Part shown: positions 43,924 to 57,840 of the stretch, in pieces
How positions within the stretch are numbered: position 1 is the stretch's first letter
How the letters are laid out: every line of letters starts with the position of its first letter
NCBI GenBank assembly: GCA_964016885.1
Contig: OZ024745.1
Coordinates: 127,906,001 to 127,970,000 of the forward strand
Direction: 5' to 3'
Origin: Eledone cirrhosa
Lineage: Eukaryota
DNA length: 64,000 nt
Position numbers and translations under genes: made by a program
The notes under the pieces: model-generated
Database searches by the model: none
Seen by the model: only the letters and a program-made list of their open reading frames with translations
What the model was told of the DNA's origin: nothing

Positions 43924-44546
43924 TACATTTTCAAGAAGATAGCCAACATTCATTCTCCTTCGGTGAACATAGCCTTAGACAGGAGGTGTTGATGTCATCA
44001 GACTGAGTCCAACGTTCATTGGGTGTTTCAACACTCTATTTTAACACCCTCTCACCGGTGGGACAGCAGGCGTGACCAAATTATTGTATGCAAGCCGAGC
44101 CGGCTACCACTCTGTATGCAAATGAGCTTCATCAGCTCATATATGAGCGAGAAATCTATAAGATTCTTGTTTATTTTTGTCTCAGCGGAAGCTAGACGAC
44201 TACCAACAGGCGAAAAACAACGGGTTGTCGGTTATTTCCTCCTTGTAGTTGCAGAGGCTAGGATTTGTGACGGAGGTCACAGCGAAATAGGTGTCAAATG
44301 TTTTTCATAAACATCCTGTATATTATTCGATACACAACACGTATATAAATGTTAAAAACCATTTGTATTGGAGCACCAATACAAATTCGTATATATATAG
44401 ATATATATATATTTTTTTTTTTAGCTATTTATTAAACAAGATAAGATAATTATTTCATTTACCAGTGGTTTCTTGAAGGCAGATATTATATATATATGTA
44501 GGATGGAAAACGAAAGATCAGTGATGCATCGGAACTCAATTTATTG

Positions 44547-44636
44547 TGTGTTACAATTGTTTCCCCGGCGAACAGCTCGAGGTGCCATCTGTGTGTGGAT
44601 CGACCTGACTCTAAACTGGCAGGTTCCTCGGACACG
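44547..44636 (-). ncRNA. Hammerhead family A copy (CCGAGGA core)
   Basis: gugu CCGAGGA acc..ccggg GAAA CAAUUG UA acac. Confidence 0.65.
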
Positions 44637-44667
44637 TCTCTTGATTTCGGAGCATATCCTCTTTATA

Positions 44668-44895
<228 letters not shown>

Positions 44896-44930
44896 TATAT
44901 ATACATACATACATAATACATACATACATA

Positions 44931-45828
44931 GCAATCCAGGAACAGGAGATTAGCACGAAATACCTGATTCACAAAAGAGATAGGGATGCAGGCAAAACAC
45001 CTAGATGTGATAACAAGTGCAGACTCTGCAGAACTAACATCGAGGATATCACCCATGTCATCAGCAGCTGTCCAAAGATGTCATCGCGGTACTATCTACC
45101 TATCAGGCATGATGTAGTGGCCAAAGCACTGTACAATGCAGTTCGTAAAAAAGATAGCCTCGATAATAAACACACCAATGTGGAAGACATCCATGTACAT
45201 AATATGAAATAGTACTGGTTGAATGTTCCAGTAAAAACCACAATAAAATGCAGGCATAACAGACCAGATATTATGATATGGGACAGGGAGAAGAAAACAT
45301 GCACAGTAGTGGAAATTAGCTGCCCAGCAGATGCCAATATAATATCAAAGATTAGTGAAAAGGAGAATATTTATGCAGAACTGATGAGAAATCTGCAGAT
45401 ATTCCACCCTGATTACACCTTCAGATTTATTATGCCTGTGATTATTGGGACACTGGGATATGTTAGTAACTGCCTCAATACAAATCCTGAGAAGCTAGGC
45501 TTCACAGGAACGGAAAGAACACAACTAGTTAGAAAATTACAAGTACAATCCATTAATGGAACAGTAAAAATATGTAAAACATTCCAAAAAATGTGCATCT
45601 AATAACTGCATATACACATGTACAGATACAAAGCATATACACATGCACACATACAACTCAAAACATACACATCCACACATACAATAATATCCATATCTAC
45701 ACATGCATGCATACATACATAATCTACCTAGTTGATGTGTAAATTCCAATGAGAGAGTCTCGTGTCTATGTTAGAAACCGACTCTCTCTCTATTGGGAAA
45801 AGTTTGTGAAATTATAAAACCAGAAGAA
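44931..45828 (+). mobile_element. 5'-truncated R4/Dong-like non-LTR retrotransposon (CCHC knuckle + restriction-like endonuclease)
   Basis: AIQEQEI, CRLC..EDITHVISSC, RHDVVA, HNRPDI..VVEISCP..EK..Y, PVIIGTLG; one in-frame TAG at 45210; stop 45602; (TACA)n flanks. Confidence 0.88.
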
Positions 45829-46020
45829 CATACATACATACGTACAGACATACACACGCACACACATTTATATATATATATATATTATAAAGAGTCGGGA
45901 TCCCGCTCTCGAAAAGGCAAAAGCTCATTCATCTGGTCACGACCCCTTATAAAATAACCATAATCTACTACGCCATGTATACTGATTGCATCCTAATATA
46001 CATACATAAATATATTTTAC

Positions 46021-46113
<93 letters not shown>

Positions 46114-46587
46114 TATATATATATGTATATGGCAAAGGATTTCAGTGGCATGCGCGTATATGTGGTTGTGTACGTGCAACAAAAATTATGAAATTATGAA
46201 CCGAAGTAAAATACAATCTAAAATTAATTATAGCAAAGTCGACATTTTGTTACATGAATGAAAACAGACAAACCCAAATATTGATTATTTCTCACCGAAG
46301 CACACATCGACACATATCATTCTTACACACTAACATACACTTACACTTACACAAGCACACACGCACATGCACGCAAACATGTATGTATACATGTATTAAT
46401 ATGTTTTTGATGGTTACCTGCATGAATTTCGGGTCCTAAATTCAGTGACAACATAAGAGAACAATTGTCTCTCTCCTACTGTGACTCAGAACTATTTCGT
46501 TACGATGTAACCATAACCAGTTGAGTAGGCTTGCAGACTTACTACCACTTCTCTTACTGTCTTTTTCACAATGTGTATATATATATA

Positions 46588-46778
46588 TTAGGGAAAAGTA
46601 TGACCCCGGCGGCAGAGCTCAAGCCGTTTCGACGGCTATTTCTGGAAAATAGCCGTCGAAACGGCTTGAGCTCTGCCGTCGGGGTCATAATTTTTCCTAA
46701 TTTCCACTCTACTTCCCTAAGTATTGAGTACTCTGGTGCGTTATGGTCCATCTGGTTCCTTACCACAATTCCTTTGTA
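46588..46778 (+). mobile_element. Family C mini element with fold-back
   Basis: Arms about 46592-46641 / 46647-46697. Confidence 0.8.
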
Positions 46779-47031
46779 TATATATATATAGGAGGAAACA
46801 TAATTGTACCACTGATGATGTTGCAAGTGTGCAACGAAAGCACTTTGATAGACTATATATATATAGTTATATTTGCACTTTTAACCGCTAGTCAATCAAT
46901 GATAAACATTGATTGCCAAATAAATTAACTATGGAGATATAAATGATACAGAAGCGAAAACCAACCAAACAATGAGTGTGTTCTGTTATTATTTCTGGCA
47001 ATATTACAACAATATGACCCTCCCCAAGTAT

Positions 47032-47085
<54 letters not shown>

Positions 47086-47449
47086 ACGTATATACTTTCC
47101 TTATGCATATTAACGGCTGAGCAGCCTAATTTGCATATCGAGTGAGTTAGTCGTCCGGGCGAACCGAAAACGATAAATGGAAAAGAATGAAACGAAATTT
47201 CATTTCTCACTCTTAGTACGGCTGATACTAAAATGTAAGTATGTATGTATACGTACATACATATATGTATACAGGCGTACGGTAGTATGTATATATATAT
47301 ACATACATGCACACATATATATATGTACGTATGGGTTTACCGAACATTTATTATAATGCTCAGTTTGTTTGTAAACAAACAACCCGAATTATTAGCCGTA
47401 CAGTGTTCGGCAAACATCGTTGCCATTTTGCTCAACACTGACAAAGGAA

Positions 47450-47490
47450 CGATGAAGTAGTTTCTAGTTTATTAGCTTTCATCAGCACCG
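47450..47490 (-). ncRNA. Minimal hammerhead motif
   Basis: cggug CUGAUGA aagcuaauaaacua GAAA CUAC UU caucg. Confidence 0.55.
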
Positions 47491-47577
47491 TATACCTTTC
47501 TGTCAGTTGATTGAACGTTTGAAAGTATATACTTTCCTTATGCATATTAACGGCTGAGTAGCCTAATCTGCATATCG

Positions 47578-47623
<46 letters not shown>

Positions 47624-48136
47624 TATAAAAATGTTTCATACACTTAATATATATGTGCTCCCATTGGTTTCGGGGTAGAGTTATGACCACCACTGTATAT
47701 TAGAGGAGTCACATATAAAATGGCTCTTCTAAAGAGGCCTCCTCCAATATATAGTGGTGCCGTAGTTAAACCCCGAATCATATGGTCGCATATACTTGTT
47801 AAGTGTTTGAAACTTTGTTTATATTCAATAGGCTCTCTTGCAACTGATTAAGCACATATTTCTACACAAATACACACACAACACACACACACACACACTA
47901 CACACACACACATACACACACATACACACACACACACAGTTGCACACAGGGAGTGGCCACTGAAATACTTGTTCGTTTCCAATCATTTTTATTTTAATTT
48001 TAATGTTTGTTTAAGGTTATAGAGCATGCCTTGTTGTTTTTCACACATAATACTGAAAAAAATCCATTACTTATATTTCGAAATAAGATAATAAATAAAA
48101 AAACTGTGTCATTTTTGTTTTATATCATATATATAT

Positions 48137-48403
48137 ATAGGAAAATATTTGATCCCGATGGCGGAGCTCAAGCCGTTTCGACGGCTATTTCTGGACTAAA
48201 TTAGAATTTTTAGCGTGGTAATTAAATAGGTATCTATTTATTTACAACGCTAAAAATTCTAATTTAGTCCAGAAATAGCCGTCGAAAAGGGTTTGAGCTC
48301 TGCCGTCGGGTTCAAATATTTTCCTATTACCCACTCTACTACCCTAAGTATTGAGTACTCTTGTGCGTTATGGTCCATCTGGTTCCTTACCACACCTCCT
48401 TCG

Positions 48404-48405
<2 letters not shown>
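48137..48405 (+). mobile_element. Family C mini element with about 95-bp fold-back arms
   Basis: Arms about 48137-48230 / 48234-48327, then the fixed terminus and (TA)n. Confidence 0.8.
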
Positions 48406-48497
<92 letters not shown>

Positions 48498-48499
<2 letters not shown>

Positions 48500-48782
48500 G
48501 ATAAGGGGCAGATATTTCAATAGCCTAGGGTTCAAGGGCCCTCAACTCTTCAACAAGCTGCCGAGTGATCTGAGAGATCTGCACGGTGTGGAGGTGGATG
48601 TTTTCAAGAAACATCTCCACACCTCGCTATCCAGGATCCCGGATGAGCCCACAGCAAGGCACGAAGGAAACCTAAGGACAGCAGCAACGAACTCCCTCTT
48701 GCACCAGTGGACAACCAATACAGGCTGGAGATAAAAGGTGTAGCAACATAGAACAGGTAAAAGAGTGAAAGAGTAAGAGAGT
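48498..48782 (+). mobile_element. CR1/L2-like LINE 3' end
   Basis: NSLGFKGPQLFNKLPSDLRDL..FKKHL..LSRIPDEP..NSLL, typical ORF2 C-terminus. Confidence 0.7.
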
Positions 48783-48811
48783 ATATATATATATATATAG
48801 TTTGAGTGCTT

Positions 48812-48943
48812 GTTTGTGTGAACGTGTACTGTTTGTGTGAACGTGTACTGTTTGTGTGAACGTGTACTGTTTGTGTGAACGTGTACTGTTTGTGCGTATG
48901 TGTACTGTTTGTGTGAACGTGTACTGTTTGTGCGTATGTGTAC
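48812..48943. repeat. 19-bp minisatellite (tgtgtgaacgtgtactgtt), about 7 copies
   Basis: Direct inspection. Confidence 0.92.
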
Positions 48944-49046
48944 CGCTCTCCTCAAACAGTTTTGCACCACGTTTCTTTTGCGTACACAATCCTAAGGTTA
49001 AAACAAAAATCAAAATCAACGAAGTATAGAAATTATTTGCTTATAT

Positions 49047-49091
49047 CTACTACTACTACGACTACAACAACAACAACAACAACAACTACTA

Positions 49092-49184
<93 letters not shown>

Positions 49185-49185
49185 T
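49047..49185. repeat. (CTA)/(CAA)/(CTG) compound trinucleotide repeat
   Basis: Direct inspection. Confidence 0.95.
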
Positions 49186-49647
49186 CAACATCTAAACCAA
49201 AACCCAAAATTCGCCGACGTTACAACCAATACTACCACCACCACCACCACCACCATAATAACCACCCTCATCACGCAAACTTCATCGCGAATATTATAGT
49301 CCACTTTTCTTTATTTTTCTTCTTTTATTTCTTCTAAAAGTATTCTTACATAACTTCCTGCTCTATATTTAGAGTTAAGCATATACACATTAACTTCCCC
49401 TATTTTCTTATTCTCTCTTTTATTTCTCTCAAGCTATGTAGCTATCACTTTCTAAGATCGAGAAGTAGCTTGTCTTATGAAATGTCTTAATTAATTAATT
49501 ACCTCCCTTTAAATTCTCAAAGGCAAATCAAACCTATAGCAAGTTTTAGATGTTTGTGACCTGAGCTAAAAGGGCAGTAACACTTTCTTTCCGTTACCAT
49601 TGACCCGTATCAATCGCTTTTCCGAGCAGACACCATATTTTTATTTC

Positions 49648-49778
<131 letters not shown>

Positions 49779-49787
49779 GTATGTATG

Positions 49788-49818
<31 letters not shown>

Positions 49819-50562
49819 ATAGTCAAAATCTGAGTAGAGACAACGAGGAAAACAGACACTGGAAACAAATCGGACAAACGGAAACAGCCCTGTTTCAACA
49901 GCTATCCGATGTGAATTACTACGATTTCGATTCATGATATGGATGGGATAGTTCATTCCAGTGCATCACAGGTTAACAGAAATTTGCTACAAAGGACTAA
50001 AGTACAATAAGACGTTTCACATCAATGTACCCTAGCACACTATGCGATTTTATCTTAGGACTAACAACGAGGAAAACACACACTGAACAAAAGTATCACG
50101 AGAACAAGACATATGATAATTTGATACGGAAATAACTGTGTAGGAATATACAATAAAATAGATAGTCATAGTTAACTCACTCGTACATATGTTCCATGAA
50201 CTGAAGTGAAAAGCGATATTGCAGACACCAACGAATTGAGCTGAAATGCTAAGCGGTTAGCTCAACAACATTCATAGCTTTCTGTAGAAGAGTAGAAAGA
50301 TGACTCGAGAAGTTGACTTGAGCGACATCGCCTGTGCTAGCAATATTAATGAAAGTACCAGTAATGCACTGGGTAATTGCTGGCCTCGTGACAAAAGTAG
50401 AAATACTTAAAGAAAGTATCAGTAGCAATTATTTCTGCCGCTTTCTTCTATTTTAATATACACCCGACCATCCAAACATATTCCCATAAATGTATACACA
50501 CACAAGCATATACACACATATGTTTGTGTGTATATTTATATATATATATATTTATTTATTTA

Positions 50563-51035
50563 TTTATTAAAATAACAGATTAAAGTCTAAGCAAAGAATC
50601 GCTGCTTTCAGCTTTAACGGGATCTTCTGAAATAAAAAAAAAATCAATCTGTAAACGCAGAAGTAAATATTTCAAAAAACGTTGCAACCGAAGGAAGACA
50701 GGAAGACGATACTTTGGTTCGTGGAGACGTTCCCTGGCAAAGAACGAAAAAAAAAAAACGAAGATAATACGTCATTATTAGGAGCGTTGAAAACAATTAC
50801 ACGCGAAGACAAAACCACGTTCAAGGTATAAATGACGTCGTAGACTAATATTCTATTAGGTGGTTCGTGGAGACGTTCTCTGGCAATCCCGTTAAGGGTG
50901 AAAGCACCGATTCTTTGCTTAAACTTTAATCTGTTATTTTAATAAATATTTGCTCTACGGTTCTTATATATTTGATATATATTTATCCTTATCGAGCCCT
51001 CTTTGGATTTTAGTCTTCAAATGTATTATTATTAC
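50563..51035. mobile_element. Family D fold-back element; hammerhead on minus strand 50584-50632
   Basis: 50563-50623 is inverted at 50886-50947; long inverted arm, short arm running to the fixed terminus and (TA)n. Confidence 0.8.
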
Positions 51036-51075
51036 TATATATATATGTATATATATATATATAGAGAGAGAGAGA

Positions 51076-51155
51076 GTGTGTCCCCCAAAAATGTATACAG
51101 ATATTTATTAGAATGTTGTTGAAGTGTGTAAACATTTTTTGGGGACATCTTGTAT
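51076..51155. mobile_element. Tiny Tc1/mariner-type MITE
   Basis: Inverted termini gtgtcccccaaaaatgt / acattttttggggacatcttgta. Confidence 0.6.
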
Positions 51156-51331
51156 ATATGTGTGTATATATATATATATGTATGTATGTATGTATACATC
51201 TGTATGTGTGTGTATTGTGGGGGGTGGCATGGGTGCCTGAGTGTGTCTGTGCAATTATATGTAGGTACATATATATATATATGTATATATATCTGCAGAA
51301 AAATAGAAATGTGAATTGAGATATAGAACTG

Positions 51332-51394
<63 letters not shown>

Positions 51395-52291
51395 TGAGGG
51401 AGAGAGAGAGAAGGGTTAGAAAGAGAGAGAAATATAAAGACAAAATAAAAAAGAAGGGCTGACACGTAATTGAATAGATATAACACAGTTACAGGAACGA
51501 GTGAAAGAGAGCAAAATAAAGTAACGCAATGTAGAAACAAAACAAAAAAAAACGCAAAAACAGCAAACAGTCTTGTCAGCTGTGTTTATATACAGACCAC
51601 TGTGTTTATGCATTAAATATACTAAGTTCATTAGCGTGGTAAATAGATTTACAAAAGATCATAACCTGGTCCTCCAATGAGCCACATAGAAAGAGGATAT
51701 TCTTCCACAGATTCATATAATCCTCGTACGTATACGTATGCGTGTATATATGTATTTATGTATATACATACATATACATACATATATATAAATATATACA
51801 TATATATATATATATATTTATATATTACATATATATATATGTGTGTGTGTGTGTGTGTATATATATATTTATTTATATATCTGTATATATAATTATTTAT
51901 TCATATATCTCTATATATACGTATGTGTATGCATATTAACATACATGCAATTGTATGTGTTAGGGTGTATGATTTATATGCGTGTTCCTGTTGTATGTAT
52001 GTTTGTATATATTGTATGAAATATATATATGTGCAAGTTATGCATACATTTATGTACTTAGATGCGAATGTAGGCGGCGGGTATTTGAGAATGTGAGCGC
52101 ATTAATGAAGATAATTATTTAAACAACATGGCGACGCTCTCTACACCGCCAAATGAAATCTCATCTAATCAAAACATGGTAGTTTATTCAAATGACACCA
52201 CAACCGTCGTACAAATATAACGGCTTTTGAAGGTTGTTAAATATATTCAGTCTAATTATTTCTATATTTTCTTCCTGCTCCACATCTTTCG

Positions 52292-52369
<78 letters not shown>

Positions 52370-52526
52370 CTGTGTATATATATATGATGTCATTGTGTGC
52401 TTATGTATACATGTAGAAAAATGTATCACGTGCCGACAAGATTTTTTTATATGCATAACATAGATATTCAGTTATGTGTATAAATGTATCTATGCATATA
52501 TGTATATATATATATATATATACATG

Positions 52527-52820
52527 TATATATAGTGTATTTTACAATACACTGTATGCTTAATCAAAAGCATTTCGAAGACCTTACGCTATTGTTTTAG
52601 AGTAGTGACAGTCTCACTTACTTTAAATGTTCAGCAAACAGGGGAGATAAAGCTGACAGAGCTCTGTTTCGTACTAATTGGTACTTATCAAAGCTAAGTA
52701 CTCCATCTGTTTGCTGAAAATTTAAAGTAAGTGAGACTGTCACTACTCTAAAACAATAGCGTAAGGTCTTCGAAATGCTTTTAATTAAGCATACATAGTA
52801 TTACAAAATACACTATATAT
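52527..52820. repeat. About 120-bp-arm fold-back element (family H)
   Basis: Arms about 52527-52647 / 52700-52820, few mismatches, (TA)n flanks. Confidence 0.9.
52651..52695 (-). ncRNA. Type I hammerhead with U3-A8 core
   Basis: AGCU UUGAUAA GUAC caauua GUAC GAAA CAG agcu CUG UC AGCU; all three stems perfectly paired. Confidence 0.85.
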
Positions 52821-52858
52821 ACATTCATATTTATATTTATATTTCAGAGCACCAATTC

Positions 52859-52926
<68 letters not shown>

Positions 52927-53163
52927 AATTGCATGTGTGCAAACAGTAAATGTTAATGTTTATATATATGTGTAGATAGGTGGCTACATACGTATATGTA
53001 TGCAGATGTGCCTGGTTGCGTATAAATATCTCTTTATACGTAAATATTAATTCATTAATGAGCCACGTTTTCTAAATAGACAGAGAAGCTTATCTCTCTC
53101 TCTCATGATGTTTCCCACACCTCTCTCTTTCTATCTCTCACTTACTCTCTCTCTCACTCCGTC

Positions 53164-53269
<106 letters not shown>

Positions 53270-53298
53270 CATCCATCTATCTATCAATCTATCTATCT

Positions 53299-55965
53299 CG
53301 CATAGTATAGACGCGTACAACATCGGCTCCTGCCTTTTTGAATTTTTACCTATTGACAGTAAGTGTTTGTTTCTTTATTGTGTTGTCTTTGTGTCTTTTG
53401 ACCACCCGGCTATGTCTGTAAACGGGTGGTCATCGTATTTTTTACCCCTTTTGGGGGTAAAAACTACTCCTAAATATTTTTTGCTGACTCACATGTCAAA
53501 AATTGACGCCATGTCTGTAGCACGTGTGAACGAAAACGCCACGCCCACTAAGGAAGAATAGAGAAAGAAGCAAGCGGTACAAAGCGCTTTGCTTTCCCGC
53601 GTCAACGTTTTAAAAGACATTGTAAAAGGCGATATGCCGTACAAACAAGTAAATACGGGTGCCAACCCAATTAATTACAACGAAAACACTAACAATGACA
53701 AAACCAACACACCAAATGAGAAAGACACCAACAACAAAAATGAAAATAACTCAAACTAGGAGAAACAGAACAACTCAAACACCAACAACGTAAACAAAAT
53801 ATCCTTTGCACAGACTGCTAAAAAATCAGTCACGTATGTGGTTGAGGATATAACAAATGCTAAAGAAATGCTTGAAAAAGCAAAAAAATATGTATCTTTT
53901 GCCGAAAATGGATCTTTTTCCATCAATTCGCCCCAGAACTAAAAAAACAGACGGAATTACGAACTGTTGTATTCCGTACAATTGCCAACAAAACAAGAAA
54001 ACCATCACAACCATCTCAAGCTGAAATTCAGTTGGTCCTGAAAGAGGCTATGAAAGATATAATTTTCATACAAAAGGATAAACTCTATGGGAGTTTATCC
54101 ATATTGATGAAAGACGAATTGGCGGCGAAAAAATACTCTATGTCGCCAATTCGTTCCACGCATTACACCTTTTTTCCAACCTACATGGGTAAAAAACCCC
54201 AAAGAATTTGGATAAGCACTATCACCCCAAACATAGACCGGTTTCCTCAACTTGGACGAGGACAACCTAATATCAATAGGGAAGGCATCCGGCGACGCGT
54301 TCAGTGGAACGAGCATTGCAATTCTGACCCAAATAAGGCCAGAACGTATCGCCCAAATCCCTGAACGCGTCATGCTGGATGACCGTACCCATCTCAACAT
54401 TATTGTTACGTCTGTGACGTAGAGGTCACCTGAGGGCTGCCTCTCCCCAGCTAACACCGAAAAAACCATTGCTACCAACACCCCAACAACAACAACCAAA
54501 ACAACAACAACAACAACAACAACAAAAATCGACAACACCACCACCACAACAACAACAACAATAAACACGTGAAAAAACAACACAGAACACTGTCCCACCC
54601 AACCCCTCCCCACCCAAAACAAATACAAAAACACACACACCGCAAACACTACCAGAAAATAACACCTCCCACCCAACAAGGAAGACGAACCCCTTTCGTC
54701 GCAAGACGAAAAAGATCCCTTCCAAATAGTAAAAAGAAAGAAGATGAGGCGCACGACTGACACACTTATTAACATAAACCCTCCCCAAAAGAAAACAAAC
54801 TATATACAAACCACCCCTCCCCGTCACACAACACTAACTGCTACGCAAAAAAGACTTTACAATATACATACATGAACACAAACAACAAAGAACTAATGTA
54901 AACACGCATTAAGGCTACGGCACCTCCACGTATTCCGTTTGTGAGACGAACCTTTCCCAGACTCGTCTCAATCACCGAGCTGCAATCCTGGGTCAAGCAA
55001 AGACCGAGAAAACTGGGCGCCTGGCACACTGAGTGTGCCCAGGCGCTCACGGCCCTCTGGCAGGCGGACCCGCTTATCAGTCGAGAACCACCTCGACATT
55101 CTATAGAGGGCCGGTACGCAGCAGATGCGACGACGCCCTCGAAAAAGCCCTAGACATGGAGGAAGACGAACTGGCCAGCCTCTTCGGTAGGACCTATGGA
55201 CAACTTCCAGAAGTCCCTGGCCTGGCAGTGCTACCGAGGAGCTCTACCCGTTCTAGAAAAGCTCTACAGACACAGGCGCCTGCGTAGGGACCCCGCCAAA
55301 AAGATCTGTCCCAGATGCGTGTGCGACGAGGAAACCGTTACACACGCATTGGTACACTCCTCGGGCGTAGCCGATCTGTGGGGCTATGTCGAACGACTGC
55401 TGTCACGGATGGGACCGATCCGGTTGACCACCGAGGCCATTGTAATGATTAAGCCGCCTCCCCACTTCAAAAATGAAGGAGGGGTGGTGTTTCTGTGCGT
55501 AATATCCATGGTGAAAGCGGTTGTATGGTGGACGCGTCTGAAAGGACTGAGGTCAGACACCTTTCTCTCTGGCCAACAACTGATCCGTTTCTTCCGATAT
55601 CATTTCGGAAGAAGGATGAGAATGGAGAGAGAGGTGCTCCATCCCAGTCGTTTTTATGAAAGGTGGGTGAAAGTGGCGAGAATGGCCCGTGTGAATGGGC
55701 CTTCCCTTTACATAAGCTTGTAGGTGGAAAAGATGAAGGAATGAGGGACACCCTCTCTCTGTGCTCCTGAGGAGAGGAGTTGCACACTTTTTTCGGGGGT
55801 GTGTGCCACCTCCCAAAACGCCTCCTCCCTATTGAGGTCTTTATTGTTAATTTTATATTTGTAATTTGTTTTATATTTGTTATTTGTTTCCTTTACTCGC
55901 CTTTTTGTGTAAACTCCCCTTGTATTTGTCCCCTTCTTTTGCGCCCTCGTGGCAATAAATAGAAA
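53299..55965 (+). mobile_element. Internally deleted Tx1/L1-like LINE in (TCTA)n
   Basis: Decayed ORF1-like region about 53492-54900; ORF2 C-terminus; AATAAA 55954; (TCTA)n on both sides; no endonuclease or RT motifs seen. Confidence 0.75.
55196..55723 (+). pseudogene. Tx1/L1-like ORF2 C-terminal zinc-binding region
   Basis: SLAWQCYRGALPV..CPRC..EETVTHAL..LW. Confidence 0.8.
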
Positions 55966-56013
55966 TCTATCTATCTATCTATCTTTCTGTCTGTCTTGTC
56001 TCACTCACTGCAT

Positions 56014-56059
<46 letters not shown>

Positions 56060-56207
56060 ATGGTAAACACAGATATATACATATATGTGTTCAAATCGTA
56101 AGGGACCAGATTCGCTAAGGTGAAAAGAATACTAACTAGGGACAATAGGGTTTGCCAGACTCAATTTAAGAATAAATCAAGAAAATAAATTAAATACAAA
56201 CCAGAAT

Positions 56208-56287
56208 TCGCCCACTGTTGAGCAAGAATCGGTATTCCTCTTCACAATTCATATTGCGAAACAACATAGCCAAAGCTGTCCGGGTGA
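56208..56287 (+). ncRNA. Hammerhead-like motif (CUGUUGA) in the loop of fold-back element 56052-56550
   Basis: ucgccca CUGUUGA GCAA..UUGC GAAA CA..UG UC cggguga; arms 56052-56202 / 56309-56452. Confidence 0.6.
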
Positions 56288-56546
56288 TTGGTAGTTACCA
56301 CAATAATGGTTTGTATTTATTTTCTTGATTTATTCTTAAATTTAGTCTGGCAAACCTTATTGTCCATAGTTAGTATTCTTTTCACCTTAGCGAATCTGGT
56401 CCCTTACGATTTGAACACATATATGTATATATCTGTGTATACCTTTCTTTTATATTCAATTATAATATACGGCTCGGAAAAATCTCTTTCCTAGAGCTAT
56501 TTTATTGTAAGAGACTATTTTGAGTTTCTAACTCAATATATACCTT

Positions 56547-56594
<48 letters not shown>

Positions 56595-56600
<6 letters not shown>

Positions 56601-56831
56601 AAATCAAAAGATGGTTAAAAGAGTTGCATGTATTTTATTATGCGCATTTCAAAAACAAATATCATTATGGGATGATATTTGCGTTCTCATCAGATAAAAT
56701 AGGGAGACATGATATGAAGCTTAAAAAACACTTGTGAGCAGTGAAGTGTTAAATCAACATAAACTGTTGAGTGCTAGTTATCCGATATTTGTATTGCTTT
56801 ATTGTGCTACAATAAAACTCACCTCCTACAT
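56595..56831. mobile_element. Mini copy of the 6.4-10.9 kb Penelope terminus; hammerhead on minus strand 56631-56701
   Basis: 56595-56760 is the reverse complement of about 10675-10835; 56762-56831 matches 10859-10929 with the same cctcctaca(TA)n end. Confidence 0.88.
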
Positions 56832-56862
56832 ATATATAAATATGTTGGTAGATATACTAATT

Positions 56863-56918
<56 letters not shown>

Positions 56919-57087
56919 AATTAGTATATCTACCAACATATTTATACAGATGTATACTTACGCTAGCAAAGATATAGGTTTTGTCTTAGTAACTTTGTGG
57001 TTCAATACAAAGAGATGTAGAACAATTATATAAAAGACGTAAAATAAGAAAATTATAGTAAGTAACTTACTTACTTAAATTTCCCTC

Positions 57088-57149
<62 letters not shown>

Positions 57150-57599
57150 GCACCAGTAACTGCTTCTTTGTAAATCTTTGTTCGTTAAATTTTTCAAATG
57201 TCATTGATCAACTAAACATATATTGAAAGTTTATTATCACACGAACACAACTGATTACGTTTTCAGTCAACATATGTTTACATAGATGTTTAAATGTATA
57301 TGTTTTGTATAAATGTATTATCAAAAATCATCTTGAAAAATTCTCCGACTCTATTTCATTACATGAAACGATGTCAATGTTAACAAGGTTTTGAAAAAAG
57401 ATCTAAAATGTTTCGTCATTCAACCTGGGCAATATGTGGAAAGAGAGATGTTTTGTATATTCTATGCAGTTTTCTCTGACTATGGATAACCTGATGCAAA
57501 ACGTCATGCACGCAAATAGATAATACATTATTGAACCCTAAACTCAATCTTTAAAATCTGGATCACGCGGACTGTTTAACTACTGGGACTCACACACAT

Positions 57600-57840
57600 C
57601 AAAATATCCCACAAAAGACAAAGCCGTAGCTAAGCTGGCAGGACCAGACTCAAAGTAAAAGAAATGAAAACGGATATCATCAGAAGGAATACTACAATCA
57701 GCAACCCAGTGAAGATTGACAAATAAGCACTAAAAGCTGTAGAAGAATTCAACAATCAGGGCAACGCATCAATAGTTAGCAACTGTGACCAGGAAATCAA
57801 CACCAGAATCAGGAAAGCCAATCCTTCGTTTGACATGATC
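57600..57840 (+). pseudogene. RTE-like RT fragment
   Basis: LKAVEEF..G..CDQEINTRIRKANPSF. Confidence 0.6.

Noticed and set aside
48812-48943. CRISPR-like array
   Set aside because: Contiguous 19-bp units without unique spacers, in eukaryotic DNA.
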